From Pecten maximus (Eukaryota), in contig NC_047023.1 in the NCBI RefSeq assembly GCF_902652985.1, positions 11,842,001-11,906,000 on the forward strand: a stretch of DNA of 64,000 nucleotides. Direction: 5' to 3'. The notes under the pieces were generated by a model. The model saw nothing but the letters and a program-made list of their open reading frames with translations. It had not been told where the DNA came from and made no database searches. The first letter of the stretch is position 1; each line of letters opens with the position of its first letter. This document shows positions 37,747 to 49,156 of the stretch, in pieces. A program made the translations under genes and the position numbers.

Positions 37747-38248
37747 GGTGGCGTTGTGTTAGTGACCAACTCTATTCCAATGTCTTTAATGTCCCGATTG
37801 TGGCGTGATATGATCATGTCTTTGATCTTGACCGAACATCCACTATCGGACTTTACCTATGATCGTGCTCGTCAACAAAGGTATGACTTTACCTATGATC
37901 ATATGTGTCAAGGTACGACTACGTGAAACGGCATTGATAACATGTGATGTGCACGTGTACGAGTGTAAATAACATCCATTTATAATACTGTTGTTGTTAT
38001 CAGTGATAACAGTATGATAATGGAGTTGAAACAAAATGAAAGCATATAACTACAAAATATGATATTATATCAATGGGTAATTCGTTCATGATTTAAACTG
38101 AGCAGTTTTGTGTCATGAACTTCCCGGGCTGCATTATATAAAGCAAATATGATTATAGTATAAGAGTACTATTCGTTGTGGCATTGAAATGTTACATTGT
38201 AAATCATTGAACATAATTGAATTTTGTTCTCATATTGCTGTTTTTTAA

Positions 38249-38719
38249 AGAGGCTTGCCCGCAGAGAGATCAGAAAAATTGGCTAATAGAAAAAGATTTT
38301 TTACACATGACAGATTGTTGGAATTGTTGAGTTTTTCATTTTATTTTCCTTATAAAACGCTGAAAGGTGATATTAAAACTTCATTTTTTAAATATTATTT
38401 ATTTAATCGCAACCCGCAATAAGTCCCCGCTATAAAGTGGAGTCTAATTTGATAGACACATCAATGAAACAAGCACGTGCACAGTGCCGCACAGTGATAA
38501 CTTCAAAGGCAGCGGCGATTTACAAAGAAGATTTGCCGTTATATTCCATACATTTCCCTCTCAGGTTGAGTTTTAAAACGTCTTTTAAATAATATTCTGT
38601 AATTGTTTTCAAGAAATAAAGTCGGAAAGCCTCTAATTTTGTCACTTAGAAACGTGTACTGAAGTTTATTTAGTGATCGGAGATGTGCCGTTTACCGGTC
38701 CGTCTGCGGGTAAGCCTCT
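38249..38719. mobile_element. TTAA-specific MITE (Kolobok-like), 471 bp
   Basis: 17-bp TIRs AGAGGCTTGCCCGCAGA / TCTGCGGGTAAGCCTCT (1 mismatch), with TTAA on both sides. Empty TTAA sites at paralogous positions ~43560 and ~49659. Confidence 0.85.
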
Positions 38720-39340
38720 TTAAACATTATATGCGAAATCGTATAAAAAAATTAACTAAATACATACCTCAATTTTCTCCAACAACCAGGTTAAACATGA
38801 AATGAAACTGCTGTCAATTTCCCATGACATTAATAGCTTTACTATCATGAATACAAACATTGTTATTTTTCTCTTATGATCTCGGCAATATGACAAGCCA
38901 GTTTTATTACACTGATAACGAAATAGCCAGCCATATCCCAAATGCTACAATGGTGATGTGCTAGAGATCTACATGGTCACATTTGCCTCCCTAAAATGAA
39001 GTAACAGAGCAAACACTGCAGGCGAATAACCATCTTAATCGGCTGCTAATCATTCTTTTCTCATTTTCAGACAAGCTATGGTTACCTATTGATGGCACTT
39101 ATAAACTGATAATACAAATAATTTGAAGTTGAATTTACAATCGTTTTTTTTTCTTTGATGAGTTGTTTTTGAATTTGCTGTGTCGATGTCTATTGTTACA
39201 TGGTGATTATATGAGGCAATGCTATCACTAACGTAGTAAGTTCAGTATGATAATGTATTTATGATTATGATAAATACCTATGCTGTCGTGAATCAGTAAC
39301 CAAATATGTATATATACACGTTTACAGAAGGATTAACATT

Positions 39341-39395
39341 GTGTGTGTGTGTGTGTGTGTGTGTGTGAGTGTGTGTGTGAGTGTGTGTGTGTGTG
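39341..39395. repeat. (GT)n microsatellite
   Basis: Directly visible. Confidence 0.95.
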
Positions 39396-39559
39396 TTCTG
39401 TATTGAATATATGATATATGTGTACAAATCCGCATCCATGTATGTATATACATCACGTGCAAGGTATCCTTATCACCTAATAGCCAGTTTGTTCCCTTTA
39501 ATCATGTCAGGGTATTGGGCTGACCATGACTGCGACTTTGAAACGTTCCTTGTAAGAAC

Positions 39560-39670
39560 GTGGAATGTGGGTCAGGGGTAGAAGCTACGGGTATTTCTGG
39601 CTAGGCGATTAGGTGGTAAAGGTCGCGATTTCATGGCCAGGTCAGGGTTCAAGGCATAAAATTGTCTTCA
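39560..39670 (+). mobile_element. Degenerate tRNA-derived SINE head (also at ~44410, ~50520, ~57200)
   Basis: A-box-like GGTCAG(T/G)GGTAGA and B-box-like GGTCGCGA(G/T)TTC, at the same position upstream of copies 4-7. Confidence 0.45.
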
Positions 39671-41968
39671 TCATTTGGGTAACTATGGTATATATACAAT
39701 GTCATTAGTGTGACGCATTTTAAGTGGGGTCTCATGAATAATCCACCACAACAAGAACAGCAACAAAATGGTTTTAAATGATGAGTGGATAACATATATT
39801 TAAATTAATTGTGGTTGAATATCTGCAATATAAATGTTATACATGTATTAAATAGTGAATCATGACATTTGTCATACGTGTGATGCAATCACAGAAATGA
39901 TGGGAAATAGAAGTTAGAGAAGCACACAGAGATTATCATCTGAATGATGATCAGTTTGTATAGTAGTTTTTGGTTATGTGACCAATATCTCATCGCCACG
40001 GCCACAACAGGCATGATGTATTGGTGTGTATACCAGCCAGCGTCAGCAAGTTTCACCTACTTAGTAAACAACCTCATTGCTAATTCTATACATGTGTCTA
40101 TGTTACTATTACTTTTGTTGCAGACATTAATTCGGGAAATTTGATCGGAAGCACGCAATAATAGATGATGAAGTCTGCTTTGTTTGATCGCTAGAAAATC
40201 TCTTATTAGATAATGTCAAAGTGATGCTATTCTAATGATGTATTTTAGAGATTGAAACAAAGTTACCATAACATCAATGATACGAACTTTACAAAATAGC
40301 TTTACTCTGAGTGAATTGTGTCGTTGTAAGGTCTTTTCTTGAATTTGTTAACGGCATTGGAGCCGATGTGACAAAGTTACAGTAGTAGCAAATTCTCTGT
40401 TAGTAGAAGGCATCTAGGATTTGTCCATAAGAAATGCGAAGTTGGTGCTTATTCAAACAGCTCATTGGTAAAGCTTGACAGATCGTCTTTGTCAAGCATG
40501 CAATTCATCATTAAATACTTCTGTGTGGAAGGAAACCGTTCTTCGTCCATAATCATTTCGACGTACATTTACTATAAAAGTAAGAATGGTAACGAAAATG
40601 TGACGTTGGCCTGTGGAGAGCTAATTTATTACTCACAGTTCTATAAATATATTTGACAGACTTTCTTGTGTTGCTGTATTTGAAGGTGTGTACTACGACA
40701 ACAAATCTGGTATTTGGTTTTTAACGTTAAAAAGTGCTGCAAGAATGAAAAACGTTCATCTACGGTCATTATTTTCCCCATATCAGCATGCCACAGAGAT
40801 AGATACTTTGTGGTTTTGTAATGTTAAATGTCTGGGAAAAAGTCTTGATAATAAGGTTGTTAGCTATAAACTGAATTCGAAGATGATATCACTTTTGATT
40901 CTAGCACAATATATATCGCCTTGTGTCTGTGGTCCGTCCGCCGCCCGTGAACAGTTGTTCATGTAAAATTCTGAAACTGATCATTGATGATTGTAATCAT
41001 CATTTCTTAATAATTACTGAATGTGCCTTTCTCAAATTTCATTTGTATGTTCCCTTGATCTTTAATTATGTATGCTTAATTCTGAGTCTGATAAGAAATC
41101 AATGACAAAAGTGAGTCATATTAAATTTTTGGCAATTGAAGCTTTTTTTTTTTTTTTTTTTTTTTATGAATCTAAGAAAGTCCAAAATTCTTATTTGATA
41201 TTTCGTCGACTTCATATGTAGATGTCCCATGTAAATGATAAATTGGAAGATGTGGAAAAAAATAAAAGTAAAAAAAAATATTATTCTGTTATAGGACAGC
41301 ATTCAGTGTTGGGTGCCAAGATCCCTTTAGGTATCTACTTACTTGTTTTTTATGCATTGATTGCGATATAGAAATTAAAAACAAATTTCAAAGGGCAAAC
41401 TTTTAAATGAAGTTTTATTGTATTAATATACTACACCATATCATAGATTGATATTCCTCTTGAACATTATAAGCTCATGGAATCAGACTATAGTCTTTTG
41501 ATATATGTGTATGAATCACTTCTTACAGTTTCTTTGCTTGTATAAACTGCAAAGAACTGTCTCGTGGCCTTGAACTGAATATTACACTTGATTTCGATAC
41601 ATGGTCATAATAGTTGTCTTTAATAAAATGATAAAGAATGACTTATAATTGGATCTTGCACAGTACTTTAATCAAACCATAAGACCGTACAATACCTTGG
41701 ACTCCATGGCCTTAATTTGTTCCGTCCTTTTATATATATATATTTCTTTCTGGCGACATATTGAACCTGATTTGGAACTGATTACTTAATCAAAAGACTT
41801 AAGTTTTAACACAAACAAGAGACAGTGACATCTGACTAGATGTTAGCCTTCCTCGTCCGTTCTATCTGTAGGCCTTGACAAGGATATGCAAAGTGTGATG
41901 TAATCAAACCTAAACCAGTACTTCCATTATCCATTACTTTGACAAACATGATGGACATACTTTATAGT

Positions 41969-43057
41969 CTAGTCAGTATCAAGTACCTTCAGGGCGGCCA
42001 TAGCAGCAAACCCAATGAATGTTAAAAACACTTTTAGCAAACTGTATCCATTGGACAGTTCTTTTTGAAGAATTTCGAAAAATGTTACATAAAGGAAAGT
42101 TCCTGCTGCCAGGCTCTGTAATATCCCAGAACTTTTGTTCTGCACAGATTCGTTTCCAGAACCTGTACTTGTAACTGCAAGTCCTAATGCTATCCCTACG
42201 GGCGACACTAACGACAGAAACATAATATATAGGACAATCCGGAGATTTCCTTCCACAATCTCCTTCATCTTCAATCCAACACTAAACACAATGACAGCCT
42301 TGTGAATCGATATGGCGGCCACCAATGTCCAGGTATTCGAGGCAGTGTCCTGTAACCCTATCGCCATACCTTCGAATATCATGTGTATAGACAAAGCGAT
42401 TACGAGAATTACAGCTCGGATCCGTCTTGTTGTTTTAGAGCGTCCATCACCGGAAGTATCAATGATTGTTGATTTCTTCTCTTTAACTTCAACAGGCGTC
42501 GGTTTCTGCGACATTTCAGCATTACACAATGCTGTCTGCCCTGTGTTCTGGTACCCTGACGGACGGATACCCGACTGGTTGTTGACGCTCTGTGTTGTAG
42601 GTATTAAAGAAGGGTTTGCATTAACGAATGAAGACCCTTTTAGTGATACCACTTCCAAGTCATGTGCTTGATATTCGTGATCGTAACTCTTCAGTTCGTT
42701 ATGGTGTCCATGGTCTAAAAGGTGATTGTCCTCATCTTTACTGAAGAGTCCTATGGCATGTTCTATTCCTAGTACGATGAAAAATCCAGTACCGATGAGT
42801 GCTCCTGACAACGGAAATTTGACTTCCGGTAAAGCTTCAGTAACCGTCTCCATTGACTCCTGTATAAGATGAAGAATGGCCGTTCCAAGAAATACGCCCC
42901 CAGCGAAACAGTTCGTCAAACTCACGAAGTAATGCAGGCGGGATATATTCTCCATTTTGTTTGATAAAAACTTCAGGAGCCATATTGGGATCACACCAAA
43001 GAAAAATGAAATCCCAAATACTACGAATATAGCTACGATTTTGTCTGTGTCGACCAT
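41969..43057 (-). CDS. ZIP/SLC39 subfamily II metal transporter, copy 5
   Basis: 362 aa, all TM motifs, Kozak GCCACCATGG. Loop variant EDNHLLDHGHHN. Confidence 0.95.
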   Translation of the reverse strand: MVDTDKIVAIFVVFGISFFFGVIPIWLLKFLSNKMENISRLHYFVSLTNCFAGGVFLGTAILHLIQESMETVTEALPEVKFPLSGALIGTGFFIVLGIEHAIGLFSKDEDNHLLDHGHHNELKSYDHEYQAHDLEVVSLKGSSFVNANPSLIPTTQSVNNQSGIRPSGYQNTGQTALCNAEMSQKPTPVEVKEKKSTIIDTSGDGRSKTTRRIRAVILVIALSIHMIFEGMAIGLQDTASNTWTLVAAISIHKAVIVFSVGLKMKEIVEGNLRIVLYIMFLSLVSPVGIALGLAVTSTGSGNESVQNKSSGILQSLAAGTFLYVTFFEILQKELSNGYSLLKVFLTFIGFAAMAALKVLDTD

Positions 43058-45814
43058 GGTGGCGTTGTGTCAGTTAACAAAGCTACTTCAGTGCACGTGT
43101 ATATAATGCCCCGTTAGTAGCGTGATATAATCATGTCTTGATGGTGACCGACCATCCACTATCGGACTTTACCTTTGATGGTGCTTATCATTAAAGGTAT
43201 GACTTTACCTTGAGCATGTGTGTCAAGGTTCGACTACGTGAAACGGCTTTGATAACATGTGAGGTGTACGTGTACGTGTTTAAATAACATCCATTTATAA
43301 TACATTGGTTGTATCAGTGATAAAAGTATGATAATGGAGTTTAAACAAAATTAAAACATATAACTACAAAACGTCAAATTGTATTCATGGGTAATTCGTT
43401 CATGATTTAAACTGAACAATTTTGTGTTATAAACTTCCAGGGCTTCATAATATAATGCAAATATAATTATAGCATTAGAGTTATATTCGTTGTAGTAGTG
43501 AAATGTTACATTGTAAATCATACAACATAATTGAATTTTGTTCTTATATTGCTGTTTTTTTAAACATTATATGCGAAATGGTATAAAAAATTAAACTAAA
43601 TACATACCATAATTTTCATCAACAACCAGTTTAAATAAACATGAAATGAAACTGCTGTCAATTTCCCATGATATTAATAGCTTTACTACCATATTTGTTA
43701 TATTTCTCTCCTGAACACGGCAATACGACAAGCCAGTTTTATTACACCGATAACGAAATAGCCAACCATACCGCTAACTCAGGTAGATTGCAGATATATC
43801 CTCAATGTTACAATGGTGATGTGCTACAGATCTACATAACCACATTTGCCTCCCTAAAAATAAAGTATCAGAGCAAACACTGCAGGGGAATAACTATCTT
43901 AATCGGCTACTAATAATTCTTTTATTATTTTCAGACAAGCAATGGTTAACTATTAATGGCATTTCTAAACTCACAATACAAATAATTTGTGGTTGAATTT
44001 ACAATTTATCAGATGCGTCCGATCAATTTTTTTTTTTTTTTTTTTTTTCATGAGTTTTCTTTGAATTTGCTGTGTGGATGTTTATTGTTACAGTGTTAAT
44101 AGATGAGGCAATGCTATCAATAACTTAGTAAGTTTAGTATTTATGATTATGAAAAATACCTATGCTGTAGCTACCCCAGTCGTGAATGAATAAACATATA
44201 TGTATACATGTATATACATGTTTACAGTAAGATTTACATATATTTGTGTGTTTATTCTGTGTTGAATATATGTACGAATCCGCATCCATGTATGTACATA
44301 CATCACGATCCATGTATCCTTATCACCTAATAGACAGTTTGTCCCTTTAATCATGTCAGGGTATTAGGCAGACCTTCACTACGCCTTTAAAACGTTCCTT
44401 GTAAAAACGTGTAATGCGGGTCAGTGGTAGAAGCTGCGGGTATTTCTGGCTAGGCGATTAGGTACCAAAGGTCGCGAGTTCATGGCCAGATCAAGGTTCG
44501 AGTCATACAATTGTCTTCATCATTTGTGTCACTATGTTATATATACAATGTCATTAGTGTGACGCAATTTAAGTGGGGTCACGGGAATAATCCACCACAA
44601 CAAGACCACCAACAAAATGGTTTTGAATAATGAGAGGATAACATTTAATTTAATTTAATTTGATTATTAAATATTGAAATATGACATTTGTCATACGTGT
44701 GAAGCATTAAAAGAATTAATGGAAAAATAAGTCAAAGAAGCACGCAGAGATAATACTTTACCTGTTGAGTAATAAAATGCAATTTTTCCAAAAATATATC
44801 AAGTAAAAAGTCTTGATTACATTGCAGATGTCACGGTTGTCATGGTGATGAATTAAACGATATCTGCCCTTCCGATGTACCCGGACTTTCGTGTATTTCC
44901 CACTAGTAAAACTGTCTGATAGATTGCTCCAGTGAATAGACATTTTTTCCAGGTCGACACAACTATCAATATTTTTAATGAACTTCCTTAGATTATAGAT
45001 TTGATAAGCAACCCTCAAGATGTTACTAATTTTCACATGTAGGTTGACGTGACTCAGGAAAGCGCTAAAGAGATATATAGCTTATGAAGTCCTATCAGTT
45101 TGTATAGTAATATTTGGTTATGTGACCAATATCCCATCGCCAAGCCCACAAAGGGTATAATGTATTGGTGTGTATATTAGCCAAAGTCAGCAAGTTTCGA
45201 CTTATTAATAAACAACCTTATTGCTTATTCTATACATGTGTCTATGTTTCTATTATTTTTGTTACATAAATTCGGGAAATTTGATCGGAAACACGCAAAA
45301 ATAGATGATTAAGACTCACCGTAGATAATGACGGATCGATGTTATTCTAATGATGTATTTTAGAGATTGAAACAAAGTTACCATAACATCAATGATACGA
45401 ACTTTACAAAATAGCTCTGCTCTGTGTGGATTATGTCGTTGTCTGGTCTTTTCCTTACTTTGCTGAAGACATTGGAGGAGATGTGACAGATGATAGCAAA
45501 TTCTCTGTTAGCAAAAGACATCTAAACTCTGTCAATAAGAAACGCGTTGTTGGTGCCTATTCAAACAGCTTATTGATAAAGCGTGATTAACCATCTCTGT
45601 CAAACATGTTATCCATCACCGATTTGAGAAATACTTCTCTGTGGAAGTAGACCATTCTTTTACTGTAAAAGTAAGAAAGGTAGCGAAAATGTGACATTAG
45701 CATGCGGAGAGTTAATTAATTACTCACAGTTTTATGAATAGATTTGACAGACTTACTTGCGTTTCTGTATTTGAAGATGTGTACTGCGACAACAAAACTG
45801 GTATTTTGTTTTTC

Positions 45815-46123
45815 GGCATAAACGTATAATATTCTTCTGGCCCCGGATATGACGCGACAGGTGGCGTTACTAGTCAAGATGAAGTATGTGATTGGACAAT
45901 GTAGCGGTAAATGCAAAATGCAGATTTGCAGTTTAAAACGAAACAAAGATTGGATGCAAGCTGAATGTGTGGATGTATCTTTTCAAATGACAGTAATAAG
46001 TCTCATTATCTAAAAAATGATTAAAACATACATAATTTTGTTATCCGTGCTGAAACGCATTAGTTCGTTAAAATAAATTCACCAGCAGTTTTACATTATA
46101 ACCACCAGCATTTAAACTATGCC
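45815..46123. mobile_element. ~310-bp insertion with short GGCATA..TATGCC ends (also at ~51926-52260)
   Basis: Absent from the paralogous sites at ~40715 and ~34710, where GGTTTTTAACG is contiguous. Confidence 0.5.
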
Positions 46124-46692
46124 ATTTATCTTTTAAAAAGATATTTCTTGTTTAACGTTTAAAATGCTGCAATAATGAAAAACATTCAAATGCGGTTACT
46201 TTCTTCCCCACATCCACATGCCACAGAGATAGATACTTTGTGGTTTTGTAATTTTAAAGCCTGGAGTTGCTATAAACTGAATTTGAAGATGATAACTCTT
46301 TTGATTATTGTACAATATATACAGTAACCATATCGTAAACGAATTGAAGAGTAGATGTATGCCCCAGCACTATCTATTATTCATATGCCTTTGATGATAA
46401 GCCCATCATCATCGTATCGTCAGCAATTTCGGCAATTGAATTTTTTTTGATAAATCGAAGAAAATCAAACATTCTTATTTGATTTTTTTGTCGACTTCAT
46501 ATGTAGATTCCCCATGTTATGTTTAAAAGGAAGGTGTGGAAGAAGAGAAAAGTAGAATAATAGTATTCTGTTATAGAACATCATTTAGTGATAGGTGCTA
46601 AAATCATATCACATAGTTACATAGTTTGATAATCCTCATGAACATTATCAACGCATGTCAGCAGTCCATAGTCTTATGATATATGTGTATGA

Positions 46693-46799
46693 TTTTTTTT
46701 TTTTTTTTTTTTGTATTTAATTTATTTTCCAGCAAAGTATAATACAAAACTATAACACATACATTCGCACATGAAATCATAATTACATCACATATATGA

Positions 46800-46833
<34 letters not shown>

Positions 46834-47721
46834 GTTCAATATATCATCATGTTCATGCTTTATATTCATTTACACGCGCTAATTCATAATTATTTCACAT
46901 TGTGACCAAAATCACTATCGTCATCACAATTAAGTCATCATCATCCACACTCGATATATCGCAATTTTCATTATATACATTCAGATACATGCACTATTTA
47001 ATAGTCACACAAAGCGGCCAAAAGCACTATCACCATCACATATATATACATAATTAGCTCATCATCATCATCATCATCATCATCATCAATTATATACTTG
47101 ATACAAGGTGTTTCTTAACGGTGTTTTTAACTGACAATGCAGGTACAAATTTAAAGAAAATTATCCAAATCATTCGTATATAAGATGTAAAGATGTACAA
47201 TGCATCATCATCATTACAAACTGCAAACAATAAGTTAATTGATAACCATACATACCCATAATGTGTATATATATATGACAAACATACACATACACACCCA
47301 ACATCTCACACACACACACCACACACACATCACCCACCCTGGTAGCCTGATCAATCGTGCCAGGGATCAGTTTCTGTGTTGGTCAAATCAACTCCAACCA
47401 CGTCCACCGAGTCATCGGCACGATTGACCACCCTCCACACTGTTAAATACCAGTTACATCTAGCATATACAGAAGAAAACAAAAACAAAAAACATACATA
47501 CACTTTCAAAACAATCTCGTGCATTATCCATCATCATCCATTATCATCCGCATCATCATCCTATCTATCTGATTTTTCCCACTCATGCAATATTACAATA
47601 TATCTGTGCAATACTCGTACCTTTACACACAACTATATATATTTATATACATAAATAATTGTAATTGTTTATTTTTGACATTTAAATCACTACATTATGT
47701 ATAATTCCCAGTCACACTTCA
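46693..47721 (-). mobile_element. Poly(A)-tailed retroposed insertion, probably a non-LTR 3' end, truncated at the duplication junction
   Basis: Begins with a long T run after ATATGTGTATGA. Rich in (CAT)n and (CA)n. Absent from the paralogous site at ~41514. Confidence 0.6.
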
Positions 47722-48067
47722 AAGCTATTTAAAGAATGACTTATAATTGGATCTTGCAAAGTACTTTTATCAAGGCATAAGACCGTACAATACCTTGGAT
47801 TCCATGGCCTTACTTTGTCCCAGCCTTTTATATATATATATATTTCTTTCTGGCGACATATTGAACCTGATTTGAAACTGATTACTAAATCAAAAGACAT
47901 AAGTTTTTACACAAACAAGAGACAGTGACACCTGACGAGATGTTAGCCTTCCTCGTCCGTTCTATCTGTAGGCCTTGACAAGGATATGCAAAGTGTGATG
48001 TAATCAAACCTCACCAGTACTTCCATTATCCATTACTTTGACAAACATGATGGACATACTTTATTGT

Positions 48068-49156
48068 TTAGTCAGTATCAAGTACCTTCAGGGCGGCCAT
48101 AGCAGCAAACCCAATGAATGTTAAAAACACTTTTAGCAAACTGTATCCATTGGACAGTTCTTTTTGAAGAATTTCGAAAAATGTTACATAAAGGAAAGTT
48201 CCTGCTGCCAGGCTCTGCAATATCCCAGAACTTTTGTTCTGCACAGATTCATTTCCAGAACCTGTACTTGTAACTGCAAGTCCTAATGCTATCCCTACGG
48301 GAGACACTAACGACAAAAACATAATATATAGGACAATCCGGAGATTTCCTTCCACAATCTCCTTCATCTTCAGTCCAACACTAAACACAATGACAGCCTT
48401 GTGAATCGATATGGCGGCCACCAATGTCCAGGTATTCGAGGCAGTGCTCTGTAACCCTATCGCCATCCCTTCGAATATCATGTGTATAGACAAAGCGATT
48501 ACGAGAATTACAGCTCGGATCCGTCTTGTTGTTTTAGACCGTCCATCACCGGAAGTATCAATGATTGTTGATTTCTTCTCTTTAACTTCAACAGGCGTCG
48601 GTTTCTGCGACATTTCAACATTACACAATGCTGTCTGCCCTGTGTTCTGGTACCCTGACGGACGGATACCCGACTGGTTGTTGACGCTCTGTGTTGTAGG
48701 TATTAAAGAAGGGTTTGCATTAACGAATGAAGACCCTTTTAGTGATACCACTTCCAAGTCATGTGCTTGATATTCGTGATCGTAACTCTTCAGTTCGTTA
48801 TGGTGTCCATGGTCTAAAAGGTGATTGTCCTCATCTTTACTGAAGAGTCCTATGGCGTGTTCTATTCCTAGTACGATGAAAAATCCAGTACCGATGAGTG
48901 CTCCTGACAACGGAAATTTGACTTCCGGTAAAGCTTCAGTAACCGTCTCCATTGACTCCTGTATAAGATGAAGGATGGCCGTTCCAAGAAATACGCCCCC
49001 AGCGAAACAGTTCGTCAAACTCACGAAGTAATGCAGGCGGGATATATTCTCCATTTTGTTTGATAAAAACTTCAGGAGCCATATTGGGATCACACCAAAG
49101 AAAAATGAAATCCCAAATACTACGAATATAGCTACGATTTTGTCTGTGTCGACCAT
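48068..49156 (-). CDS. ZIP/SLC39 subfamily II metal transporter, copy 6
   Basis: 362 aa. Differs from copy 5 at two residues (CNAE/CNVE, LQDT/LQST) and at the stop codon. Confidence 0.93.
   Translation of the reverse strand: MVDTDKIVAIFVVFGISFFFGVIPIWLLKFLSNKMENISRLHYFVSLTNCFAGGVFLGTAILHLIQESMETVTEALPEVKFPLSGALIGTGFFIVLGIEHAIGLFSKDEDNHLLDHGHHNELKSYDHEYQAHDLEVVSLKGSSFVNANPSLIPTTQSVNNQSGIRPSGYQNTGQTALCNVEMSQKPTPVEVKEKKSTIIDTSGDGRSKTTRRIRAVILVIALSIHMIFEGMAIGLQSTASNTWTLVAAISIHKAVIVFSVGLKMKEIVEGNLRIVLYIMFLSLVSPVGIALGLAVTSTGSGNESVQNKSSGILQSLAAGTFLYVTFFEILQKELSNGYSLLKVFLTFIGFAAMAALKVLDTD

Noticed and set aside
37747-38720. MTF-1 metal response elements (TGCRCNC) upstream of ZIP copies
   Set aside because: Only near-misses (TGCACGT, TGCACAG) were seen, and they are not conserved across copies.
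44410-44510. Possible tRNA gene
   Set aside because: Only degenerate A/B-box-like motifs with no cloverleaf. Better explained as a SINE head.
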